A stretch of 64,000 bases of DNA, taken from Podarcis vaucheri. Lineage: Eukaryota. The notes under the pieces are model-generated. The model had not been told where the DNA came from, made no database searches, and saw only the letters and a program-made list of their open reading frames with translations. A program made the translations under genes and the position numbers. This document shows positions 12,900 through 24,825 of the stretch, one piece after another; positions within the stretch are counted from its first letter, which is position 1, and each line of letters begins with the position of its first letter. The stretch is taken from NCBI GenBank assembly GCA_965113315.1, contig OZ220370.1. The stretch is one strand, 5' to 3'.

Positions 12900-14377
12900 T
12901 AATACCTATTGGACCTGAAAGAAATTAACGGTTCTTAATTAATTGGACGCTCTTTGGGTATGTCTGTACTAGCTGCTTCTCATCCAGAACACACGTGAAC
13001 TAGCGGGTGCAGAAGCCCCAACCCATCCAAAGTACTGTCACAGTTCTGGCTTCCCCCCACATAGGAATGAATTCCTCATTAAAAAGGCAACAACTTTTGC
13101 AACTGGTCATTTCCAGAAGGTCTTTCTTTAGCCTTATCCTGATTTGTACATGTTTGTTGCTTCACCTTTTGTGGTCTTCCAGTGATGAGGATGATATGAC
13201 AACACATCGGCTAGAATCTTTTTTGAGGTCCCTCCCAATGTTATGATTCCAAGTGCAGTGAATACACTCTCATTTCCCCCTCTATTTGTATCCCATAGCA
13301 ATAAATGCTTCCCTGAAGCTTTGTTGACTACCAGCAATCACTTTGCACATTGTCAGCATCCTAAACTGATCCCAAACCACCGGGAAGCCAGTCACATGAT
13401 CCTGAGGGGAAACAAAGACAAGAGGGAGAGAAAAGATCTATTCTAAGCAAATCCTCCCCAAAGAGACAAAAGTTAGAGGTTCCACTGCACTGGTTACTAT
13501 GAATGAGAAAGCACTAGGGACATTTTCTCAGCAAGCAGCAAATCTGATAATGGTGTTGCTGTTGAAAGCTTGGCAGAGCACATTGGTGGAACTGCTGATT
13601 TTTTCCAGCCCCATTTATTAATACCTGTGTCCTTTAAGATAGCAGCCAGCTTCCACAGTACTCAGACAGAACACACATATCCTGGTGGTTTCTTGCTATG
13701 AATTAAGGGCTAAGATCTAAGGCTCAGCATTGGCTGGTGCTGCTACTACTATGATGCCAGATTTTCTCCAAGGTTTTGTAGCACTGACACAAAGGAAGGG
13801 AAGCTTTTCATCTATGTGTGGTACACAGAGTTCTCTCCACATAAGGAGAGTTTTGAGAAGAAAGAGTACCATTTTGTATAGCGTTCCCACAATTTGGGTG
13901 TCATTGTGGAAGTGCTGATGAGCTTGGACTAGAGGAGAGGGTTGTTTATCCAGCAGAAAAGAATGAACGGCTACAGAAAAATATTGAAAAGGCAGTATCT
14001 AATGTCACTTACCTCACAAAGTAATGAATGTATCGGATATAATAGGGAGAGTATAACAGGACAATAGCTTCACATTCACACAGCAGATATTTTATCCTCT
14101 TAGGGTGGAGGGGCACGATCAGCTCCTTTCCAGCACAGATTGAGCCAGGTGACCTCCCTGAAGTATAGACCCAAATGAGACACAGTCTTTGAAATTTGCT
14201 GAATATGAATTCAGCCAGCTAGCCAGCCAGCCAGATGACAGATCTTATTTTTTAGTTTATCCTGGGTGTTAGTCCTGGAAAACCAAGCAGCACATTGAAT
14301 TCATTTCCACCTAGATTCTATGTAGAGCTTTGTTGTAAAATGTGTCCTGACCCCACAACAAAGTATTATAGTAAAAC

Positions 14378-14745
14378 AGGGATGCAGGTGGCGCTGTGGT
14401 CAGACTCTAAACCACTGAGCCTCTTGGGCTTGCCGATGAGAAGGTCGGTGGTTCGAATACTCACAACAGGGTGAGCTCCCGTTGCTCTGTCCCAGCTCCT
14501 GCCAACCTAGCAATTCAAAAGCATGTCAGGGCAAGTAGATAAATAGGTACCACTGTGGTGGGAAGGTAAACAGCGTTTCCGTCACAGTGTTCCGTTGTGC
14601 TAGAAGTGGTTTAGTCATGCTGGCCGCATGATTTGGAAAGCTGTCTGTGGACAAACGCCAACTGCCTCTGCCTGAAAGTGAGATGAGCATGCACCCCATA
14701 GTCGCCTTTGACTGGACTTAATCGTCCAGGGGTCCTTTACCTTTC
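14378..14745 (+). mobile_element. Sauria SINE, full length
   Basis: A/B boxes (GTGGCGCTGTGG; GGTTCGAATAC), ACCTTT end, 11-bp TSD TATAGTAAAAC (14367-14377, 14746-14756). Confidence 0.92.
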
Positions 14746-15060
14746 TATAGTAAAACTGAGAAAAAGGAAGAGTGTACAGATTTTCTGGTTAGCCAGTCAC
14801 ATGATCCTAGTAGCTTGCAAACTTGGTGGTGAAAGTGGCTTCCTGCTGTGATAGTGAAAGGTAGACATCTCTTGAAGAGGTGGGTTTTATTTAGATATTG
14901 TGGCTAGCAGCTGTTGAGAAGCCAGTTATTCACACAGGCTGTGCGAGTGTTTATTGGTGCAGCATTCGTTACCCACCCAAATGGACATTTGCTGGCAGGG
15001 GCCACAGATACATTTCAAAAGCAAAGCATATAGTTTTCCATTGGGTTCAATACATACTAT

Positions 15061-15307
15061 AGAAGAAGAAGAAGAAGAGTTTGGATTTGATATCCCGCTT
15101 TATCACTACCCGAAGGAGTCTCAAAGCGGCTGACATTCTCCTTTCCCTTCCTCCCCCACAACAAACACTCTGTGAGGTGAGTGGGGCTGAGAGACTTCAG
15201 AGAAGTGTGACTAGCCCAAGGTCACCCAGCAGCAGCATGTGGAGGAGCGAAGACGCGAACCCGGTTCACCAGATTACAAGTCTACCGCTCTTAACCACTA
15301 CACCACA
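15061..15307 (-). mobile_element. tRNA-derived CORE-type SINE (Squam3-like) with L2-type tail and (CTT)n end
   Basis: Reverse complement: TGGTGTAGTGGTTAAG A-box, GGGTTCGCGTC B-box, gggtgaccttgggctagtcac core, L2-like 3' stem-loop, (CTT)n tail. Confidence 0.85.
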
Positions 15308-18300
15308 TAGCTCATAAGCTGCTTAGTCCTGGGCAGTGGCGGCAGCACTGAACATAGGCATTGAAACATCTCAGCTATAGCAGGCCTTTGGATTTTTTAA
15401 ATTATTTTTTTGTCCTCCCAAGTATTTTATTTTAGTAGAGAACAGTTTTCTCTTATTTTACACACATTCTTTGTCCTCAGCTCCAGGCTTCTCGCCAGCT
15501 GTCCTTGTTCCTTTCTTTAGCATTTGCTGGCTGGTAAGCACCACCCTAATATATTACTATGTCACCAGTTTGTCTTTAGAAAGGAATGTAACATTTTAGA
15601 TCATTCCATTTTCAAAATGCAATATTATAGGAATACCATCCTCCAGTTTGACTCACTAGTTTCTGAACTTGGCCCAAAACATCCTACTAAGCAGGTGACA
15701 TCCCTCCCCCCAAAAAAATCTGAGGCTTGCCCTTTAGTTTTTCATGCAGGGTGGGGGGAAGCTCCCATAAGAGGTTTAAAGAGCCTTAGGCAAGTTTTGG
15801 CTCCATTTTGGTCTCTTAGCAACCAAGAACTCGCTCTCCAAATTATCTCCAAACATGCATCTCTTAGGTGACACCCAAAGAAATGACTTACTTTAAGAAT
15901 GTTTTACAAACACTGGCTTTTTGTGTATCCCTCTGGAATGCTGGAACTTCATGAATAAGACGATACACTGTCGGATATTGAATACTGGCACGGAAGAGCA
16001 TGACTATTTATAAAAAGCTACAATACACACATTTCTACATAACGTATTTGTTTGATTTGCCACATTCTCAAACGATATAGAAGAGGCAAAATAGGATTTC
16101 AATAAAAACATGTGAGATATGCAAAGGTACTTTAGCAGTTGCTAAACTATCTTTCTTTCTAGCAACACCCAGCAAAACCCCACTGTTCTGCAAGTACTCT
16201 GGAGAGAAACCTCCATTATGCGCAGAGTGCCTTTACCACGCACATTTTACATGCTAGTCTGTTTGCCAGTGCCCCAACACCATTTTTAAACACTTAAGGA
16301 AGAAGAAATTTAGAGCGAGATAAATGGTGGGGCTGGGAGGGGTGTTTAACCCCTGATGTTTCTTCATTCCAAATCATCGTCTTCACCGGCAGGTCCCCCC
16401 ATTGGTTTTCAAATCACGCATTTTAAACAGGGTTGGACCCCAGACATTTTTTCTGCCTGAGGCAAAACAGCAAATGACAACCCCCCAGGTCAAGGTCCAT
16501 GGGACCCAAGGTGGCTCAATTTATTTTGGCACCTAAGGGGGGGGGAATCAAAAATAAAATTGAACAAATAGCTATTCTGCCCTTGGCAGCTACAAAAACA
16601 ACAAACAAACAACAATTTGCTGCCCTTCCATGACACACACACAAAAAAACCAGCTGCCCAATGTGGCTGCCTCAGAGGATGCATTGTACTGGAAAAATGG
16701 AGAGGGAGTGCTCATCCACCTCTGCCACCAAACCAATATCATTTTTCTCCTCCTGACGAATTATTATTATTATTGTTTCAAAAAGCAGTTGCCAAAGCAC
16801 TTCACATGGGTGTGTAATGTGTTGCTCGGCCCTGAGTGGCAGCAGTCCCTCAGCATACTGAAAACACAAATGCTTTTAGGCCTCAGATAATAATATACCG
16901 TAGTTCTTGTGCTTCTGGAAGACTTGAGTGCTCAAGTTCTCTTTTAGATCAGTAGGTTAGCCAGAAAAGAGTACATCCATGGAATCTGCAAGTTTATCAG
17001 TGCTCAATCATTTTCTTCAAATTCTTTTGAATGGGTAAATATCTAAGCAACTAGGATCCATCAATTGAGCGTGCCTTTCAGCTGACAATCAAAGGGCTCT
17101 GACTTAACTAGTCCTATTAACTGTGCGCTGGGCTGCCAGCACCAGATTGCTGCGATGTGCTTTGTGTTTTAACCAGATTGCACTGCAGACGACCTTGAGT
17201 GTCAACTGAAGGCGGAACGCAGCATGGCTCTGCACCCAACTGCCAGCTAATTGGGAAGGAAATATTTTCAACCTGACACAGACTGTGCCCTGGTAAGTTT
17301 ATACCTTACAGAAATGAGCTTTTTCTCTTTAGTGAAAGGATCAGACCACATACTGGAAAGGAGACACAAAAGAAACGAAAGTCCCTCATGGGCTGTAATG
17401 TTCTATTAGTGAATATTACCATCCTTGCTTTTATCCTCTAGTGTGCCACAAAACCTGAACATGTGTTACATGCCCTCAGGCATTTGCTGCTGAATTTACT
17501 TATGCAGAAGAAGGCAGCACACATAAATATATATATATATATATAACACTGTGCAACCAGAGGATCAGTGCTCGCTACCATTTCTGCACATCCCTCCGTG
17601 TGCCTTGTCATTATCGTTGCCACAACTGTGAGAGTGGGTGGTGGGTGGGAACTCACACTATCGGAAAGCGCTCAAAAATATTTAATGGATGCAGCTAAAT
17701 AATTCATCAGAACAAATGAAGTCGTTAATAAGAACAGAATGCAGTTAAAATACAATATCTCAATCTGTATCCAGAGCCAACTTAAATTTAATCAACCCAC
17801 AATTAATAGGGAGCACTTTTTCCAATATACGCAATGTTGTATAGTCAATGCTACCTGCTTTCATATATCCACCTCTAACAATCCTTTAGGTTTCCAGCAT
17901 GCTGAAGGAACCAGGAGGTGCCCTGTGTGGAGAGAAAAAATGGTAACTTGTCACATTATGAATTCTTTCCCTTTTAATCCCCCCCCCCCCGGAAACCCTT
18001 TCCCTCATGAAGCACACAGACACACTCTGTCCATTCTTACTAAGTTGTTTGTTTATTATGGAGAATCTGTAAAATGGGTAACAGTCCAAACTGTTGATTA
18101 AAAAACATGCCCCCACCCCAATCCAAACACCCTTACTTAGAATTTTGTTCTGCTGAAATTGATGGCTCCTACTTCCAAGCAAGTGTGTTTTGGCTATTCC
18201 TTTGATTTACATGGTGCTTGGACTGTAGCAGCAACAACAAAATAATTCCATACCTTGACTTAAAAATGAAGGCCATCTGTTTCTCCCCCTTTGATTTAGA

Positions 18301-18727
18301 GTATCTGTTTTTATATCAAAGCTAAAGCCTTTCTGAGCAGCTTCCTATTTAAAGCACCAACTACCTGACCTATAAAAGGAGTTTTGTCTGACTGCAGGAA
18401 TTGGCCCTGAGGTTGTTTACAGTACATGTTCAAGTTTTTCTTTTGAAATATAAATTGGAAAGAGAAGGGTGAAAAAACATATATGACATTATCTTGTTTT
18501 CCCTACTTCATTTTCTTCTGTCAAAGGATGTCTTTCCCCTTGTTTTGAGATTGCTGAGATGTTTGGACAGAAGGATTACCCTGCCATTAATAGTGAGCAT
18601 CTTGGATTTGTAACATTTCACAACACAATCCACAGATCACTTGAGCCTGTGTATTTGGATTATAGCTGATTCAGTTCCACTGAAGCCACTGGCATATTGA
18701 CCGCTCCCCACATTAGATGGGGAGTGC

Positions 18728-19562
18728 CCTTTGCGTGGTCGCGCGCAGCCCCTGGGACCCTATGCGGCACCATTAGCACTGGCTTGGCTTTGCCTTCCCC
18801 AGGTGGGATACCTGGAGGTCTCCGCCTACCTCAGCCAATTGCCTAATCCCGCCTGGGGAGGTGTTGCCAAGGTGATCAGGCTGGGTAGGGGGAGGGACCA
18901 CCCTGCCCACACAATAGGGGGAGGATCTTACCTGGGAATTGTCAGCTGGCTCCAGAGCTTCTCCCACCCTACCCACCCTCAGTTAAGACTTCTTTTGGAG
19001 GTTAACCTTTTTTCCACAGGTACACGGGTGCTGCTACATCAAGGTTGCTGTTGAAGGGCCAGAAAGGAATTCTCCTGCATTGGCAGGTTTGCCTTTCCCA
19101 TAGCAAAATGTCACAACTTTGGCGATATCAGGCCTTGAGCAGAATCATTTAGTCTATCTTCCCTAAATGGGGGTGGGCATGTAGCGGTGACCCACACCCC
19201 CTTTCTCTTTGCGGGGGCAATACCAGGGTTCCCCTTTAAAGGGGTTGTTTTGAGGGGGGGGCTTTGGCCGTATGCCTAGAGGTTGTCATTGCTCTCCCCT
19301 GTGACGGGGGCGGGCTCTCTCTGCTTGAACATATGTTCTTCAGAGCCAGCCCCTCCCCCCACACTTTGGATAACCCTGATGTCCCCAGATCCCCAGCGGG
19401 GGACTAGGAGGGATAAATGCCCAATGCCTGAGCCAAGGTCTACCCACATCTGAAACATAATAAAGCTGTGGCCAATTTTAATCCCATAGCATGCTGTCTT
19501 GAATCATTATTCCACACGGGGGCCGCCCAGGGTTTAGGGGACTCTGCCTGTCCACGCAAAGG
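18728..19562 (+). mobile_element. Unclassified GC-rich terminal-repeat element (LTR-like or DIRS/Ngaro-like remnant)
   Basis: GC/CpG-rich island against AT-rich flanks; 11-bp inverted ends CCTTTGCGTGG / CCACGCAAAGG; AATAAAGCTGTGGCC near the 3' end; no TSD visible. Confidence 0.5.
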
Positions 19563-19974
19563 TTTTACTTCCTTTTAAACATGGGATAATCTTGTCCCCT
19601 AACTGGTTAAAGGGCTGTGAGGAGACAATCTTCTATTTGAAGGTATCCTCTATTGAAAGAATGTCCAGCCCAAGGGAAAGCAGAGGCCTTGAAATTGTAC
19701 ATCCACAGTAAGCAACTGGGCAAAAAACTGAACAGGCACACAAGTAACCCATTTACAGTCTTCCCTACTATGGTGAGATGCATGTCGGTGAAGTAGTATC
19801 TAACAAACTTGCTCTGTATTGTCCTCTTCACTGTTCTGTTCTCTTTTTTGGCTATGTAGTTTCTCTCTCTCTTTTTTGGTGATGGATACGTGGCCACTCT
19901 ACGTATATCTGACAGAACATTTTAAAGAACTGCTGCAAGGCTGCTTACAACCTTGGTGTGGAGAAAGTCAATAT

Positions 19975-20362
19975 AAGTTTTTCCATTTCTTTCCATAATA
20001 CTAGAACCCAAGATCACTGAACAAAGCTGAAGAGTGGGAGATTCAGGACAGATGAAAGGAAATGCATTAAAGTATGGAATTCACTTCCCAACATGTGGTC
20101 AAGGCCTCCATCTTATATGGCTTTAAAAGGGGATTGGAAAAAGTCTTGGAGGATAAGGCATTCAATATCTACTAGTAATTGCAGCTGTGCATTACCTCCT
20201 GGATCAGAAGTACCATGCTTCTGAATGCTACTTTGGATCAGGCATGGGAGAGGACTATTATGCTTATGTCCTGTTCTGGGATTCCTATAGGCATCCAACT
20301 GGTTACTGTGGAATATAGGATGCTGGATAGGCCTGATCCAGCAGTGTTCTTCTTATATTCTT
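19975..20362 (+). mobile_element. CR1 LINE 3' fragment
   Basis: RFRTD..., WNSLP..VV and FKRGL.K remnants followed by the cctgatccagca...ttcttat 3' end shared with other copies in the window. Confidence 0.7.
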
Positions 20363-23189
20363 TTGATAGCCCCATCAAACAGGTCACCATTGTTCTTATT
20401 TTACCAGTAGAGAACAGAGACAGAGGAAAAAGTGAGTAGCTAAACACTACAACCATAATTCTAGAACAGAAGTGGGATGAGCTCACATTTTCCAGCTTCA
20501 TCTCCCTACTCATTTTGACCACAATGATGTTCAGGTGTCTGAAGTGATTGACAGAGAACAATGACCAATTGAAAACAATAGGGATTCCAAGTAAATGAGT
20601 TTAGGATGGCTATAGACATCAGCAGAATTGACCATAAATTTAGTTTAACTGGTGTGCTGATCACGGGCCTTCTGTGCACTGGAGAATTTGGGCAATCCTG
20701 CTCTAGCTGAAATAGCAGCCAAGTGGTTGGGTATAGAGCAACAGCAAGCGAATAAAACATACTCCTCACTAGGAGTTGAAAATCCTACAGTTTTTGCTTC
20801 TTGGAATGGCAAGAACAAGTGAGATGTCAAGGATCTGGAAGGCCACAACACAAAGCTGGTGGAAAGCATTTGGATTGATAGGTCACAAGTTAGCAGGCTG
20901 TGTACTGTTGCCTTCCGTATCCTTGGCATTCCCCCTTTCATAGTCTTTCAAAGCAGGTATTAAAAACAGTGGGATCATCAATGGAACGTTCATCTGACTT
21001 GATATAAGGCAACTTCCCTACATTCCTCCCTCCAAATCGGCTCTCTCAAGTTGTCCTGAACTGGAAATATCTGGAGTGAATCAACATCAGAATCCCTTGG
21101 TGGTGATGTGATGGCTTTGATTCTGCCTTTCTGAGGTCCAATGTTTTCTAACAGGTCTTCCTTCCACACTCGTACCAGTTAAAGCCGTAATAGCTCAGGA
21201 CAACCTACATGGCTAATGCTCATATGAAAGAGAGAAGGCCTAGCTATAAATCAAGAAAGGAAATGCAACAAAATGTCACAATATGGTGTGCTCCTGTAAG
21301 GGTTCCTACCAGTCATGCCTTTTCCCAGAATGCTTCATTCTATTTCCCCTGCCTTTGCTTTTCCATCCTCTTCTCTTACTGTCAGGCAGTATTCTGTGCC
21401 CACTGAGCATGCCCAGTCCTTATTGAGTTGTTGTGCTGTTCTCTCCACCTCTTAGGGCTTTCCCCGCCCAAATATTTTGTAGTTCTGTAAACCTCGGGGC
21501 TCCCCTAAGCCCGCTTATATATCCCTCTATATGCATGGATAGTGTAATTTTGGCTACATGAGGACCAGCACTTGGAGAACAGATTTTCTATTAGTATAGG
21601 ATGTATCTTAGAAATGCATTGTGTGTGTGTGTCAGAGAGACAGAGAGTGAAGGAGATGCAGTCATGTCTCTGTTTCCTCCCCAAATGTCTTTCCTAATAG
21701 CTTTCAAATGTTGGCATCCCTAGGCCATGTACAGATGCAGCTCTGGACATGCCAGTGGCTTCATGGCACTCAAGGAGATAAGACAGTTTAGTTTAACACA
21801 ACATGAATGATTCCAGCCTCCAGTCCCAATCAAAGAGATTTACAGCTGTTTTAAAAAGACAGTAATGTTGACTTGACTGGTGAAAAAATGCAGGAGGCAG
21901 CACTGAATACGAAGACGGGAAATTAATAAGTAAATAAATGCTGGGCTGTGAACATAATGCTTCCCCAGTTAACTCCATTATTGTTATTTTTTGATCATCA
22001 TTTCTTTTGGGGACATTCACACAGCCTCTTAATTCTAAGGCATTTAAAGCTGCTGCGCTTTTGAAATGAATAGCTTATCCCCCCTTCCCAAATAAACACC
22101 CATCTTGTCTAGTTAAAACAATTAACAGAACAGACAGTGAAAAAGACTGCCTCTGTCACTGTTTATAGCCATTTTAATACATGGTGGCTCAAACTGAAAA
22201 TCTCCTATAGTCTCACTTTCTCCTGATGGGGCTTCTTTTATTTTTGGTTGCTGTTTCAGTGTGAAAGTGCTGTTCCTGTATTAGCACCTTTCTCCACAGA
22301 TTGTCCAGGAAAAAAGCAATGCTCTGCAAGACCAGACCTTAAAGCATAACTTTTATGGACACAATTAACAGCACAACTGATTTGTGCTTACTTAGAGGTA
22401 AACATCCCTGTGTTCAGTGGGGCTCCTCTCAGGATTGCAGCCTAAAATTCATTTTCCTTGTGAGCTGGTGTATTCCTTTTTCTGCCCTCCCCACCTGATA
22501 ACCCAAAGAAGGGACATTAAAAAACCCAGCCAATGCAATGCAGACGAAGTGACCATCTGCAATCCATAGCAAATAATTATCTGTTGCCTTCCTTGACTGA
22601 ATTCCATGTGCCAGTGCAGACTGGTAGGAGGTGCACCTTCCGCTGTGAGTTGCTGGTGCATCTGCCTAGGGAGAGGAAGGAGGGGTCTGGGGGAAGCAGA
22701 TCATGCCGATTCCTTCACTACAAGGCACACAACCTGCTGAGTGGACAGGTGCTGGCTGTGTGGATGTCCATGGGCGATGGAAGCCTGGTTGTCCTAGTAG
22801 CTGACATCTATATCTAGATCTATCTGGATTTTTAAACTGATACAACATGAAGAATGTCACTCTTGGTTACTGTACAGCTGTATCTCATGGACATCCTTTA
22901 AGCACAATGCCTTGACCACGTCTCCCCTGCTTTCCTCAGCTGCTGTTAATGTGCTATTGTTGTGAAATCTTTTGGACCTCTATTGAGCCTCCAGAGCAAA
23001 AACCCCTGGCTACAGTTTGAAACTTTTTCAAATGCTGCATACTTGATTATCAGACTTCTGCACAACAACAAAAAACAAAAGTAAACTAAAACCCAGCAAT
23101 TCTTCTTCTGGCTGCTGCCTGCAATATTCATTCATACTGAAACAGGGAATATGTTGCTACAATATCAGAGATACTTCTGTCTGCACTAC

Positions 23190-23230
23190 GTGTGTGTGTG
23201 TGTGTGCGCGCGCACACACACACACACACA
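23190..23230. repeat. Compound microsatellite (TG)8(CG)3(CA)9
   Basis: Read directly from the sequence. Confidence 0.95.
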
Positions 23231-23232
23231 TA

Positions 23233-23377
23233 CAGTGCTTTTTTCTGGGAGAATATGGGGGTACGCATACCCCTAAACATTTTGTGAATCTAGGTTTGGC
23301 CTCATTGAGGGGCAGTATTTCAATATGAGTAGAAAAATGAGAGTACTCCTAAACATTTTTAATGAAAAATAGCACTG
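23233..23377. mobile_element. Short MITE (145 bp)
   Basis: TIRs CAGTGCTTTTTT / AAAATAGCACTG flanked by TA; internal direct repeat (g.gtac...cctaaacatttt). Confidence 0.7.
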
Positions 23378-24788
23378 TATATATGTATCAGAACATCGAC
23401 AACTGGAAGAAGATTTTCACAGAAAGCAAGTATCTTGGCAATGAAATAGAGGTGATCTCCCTTACTCCACTGTAAGCAAAATTTCCCCAGTAAACTATGA
23501 TCTCTAGCTAATAGTAAAATATTTTTTTAAAACAAACAAACTGACAAGGTAAAATTTCTCACAGCAGCACCGATTCCAGCTCACCTCCAACTGTTCTAAA
23601 CTAGTTGGAGGTAGAACTGAGGAGAGAATTGAGAAGTGTCGAAAATAAAGCAGCCGGTCTCTGGGAACTACCACCTCCAAGTTGTTTAAACCAACGAGGA
23701 AGCCTTTATAGGAAACAGGATGTATTACTTGACCTTTCCTGGCCTGTTGTTGTGGTTCCAGTTCCAGTGCCTCCTTCCCCTGCTCTAATTCTGTGGTGAA
23801 GTGTGAAAGTACAAACTCAGGCAGACAACAATCTGGAATTAAAATGGCTACAACTGTATTGATTGCAGATGTAGCTGGAACTTTGGCTGAGGCATTGGGT
23901 GTATATCCATTCCAGCCTCCGGCTAGAGGGCAGGAACTGCTTCTGGGTTGTGGCCTCCCCAACATCTACTGTGGTGACCATACTAAGGCAGCCACTGGAA
24001 GCCCTATGGGCCATCAGCCCATGCTGGCTTCTGGACAGGGACATCCACCGAGATCCCTTTAATAGGAGTCAGCATGTTAAAACATCAGGTGGTGACCCAA
24101 TAACTCTGGGCACTCTTACTACTGAGCTAGAAGGAAACCTATTAGAAAATCAAGAAGTGAAGTCTGTCAGGCTGTGATTTCAATGGCAGGTGACACTACT
24201 AAGAGGGTTTCCATTCAGTCCCATTGATTTGCATTTCTGGAACCAGAAGGAACTTCTCAGTCTGCAAAAAACTTCTAAGTCTGAAGAAATGGCATGATCA
24301 TAGTTAGGCAAAGCATTTTGATTTATTTATTTTAAATTAATGGTAAAAGCTAAAACAGGAGTCTCTCAGTGGGTACAAGAAATATAACAAACATCTGCTG
24401 TAACCACAAAGGAAAGAGCAAGTGGCCTGCTCAAGCCCTGAGATCATCATCTTCGTGACATGATAAAAATGACGCTGTTAAAAATAGTCTACATGGGGGC
24501 CTAATGAGAATAGCAAAGGGAACAAGGAGATCAGTAAAAGGAGGTTTACTGCTGGCTCCTGCTTTTACTGTTTTCCTCTAATGAGGTACAAATTGAGTAA
24601 CTAGTGTTATGTGTCATGTCACAATGCATCACAGTCAGGTTGTGTTCTCCTCTCATGTCACCAAGAGTAACAGGAGATGACAGATACAATAAGACACTAT
24701 CTGTCACTTTTGGATTTTTATTTATTTATTTCTTGTTGATAAAGTTATAATGTTTACCAAACACAGTAATAGAGTCTCAGCAGCTGGA

Positions 24789-24789
<1 letters not shown>

Positions 24790-24822
<33 letters not shown>
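24790..24822. repeat. (GT)n microsatellite
   Basis: Read directly from the sequence. Confidence 0.95.

Positions 24823-24825
<3 letters not shown>

Noticed and set aside
15240-15307. tRNA genes at SINE heads (also 300-374 and 14378-14465)
   Set aside because: A/B boxes are present but run into SINE bodies and tails; no complete cloverleaf.
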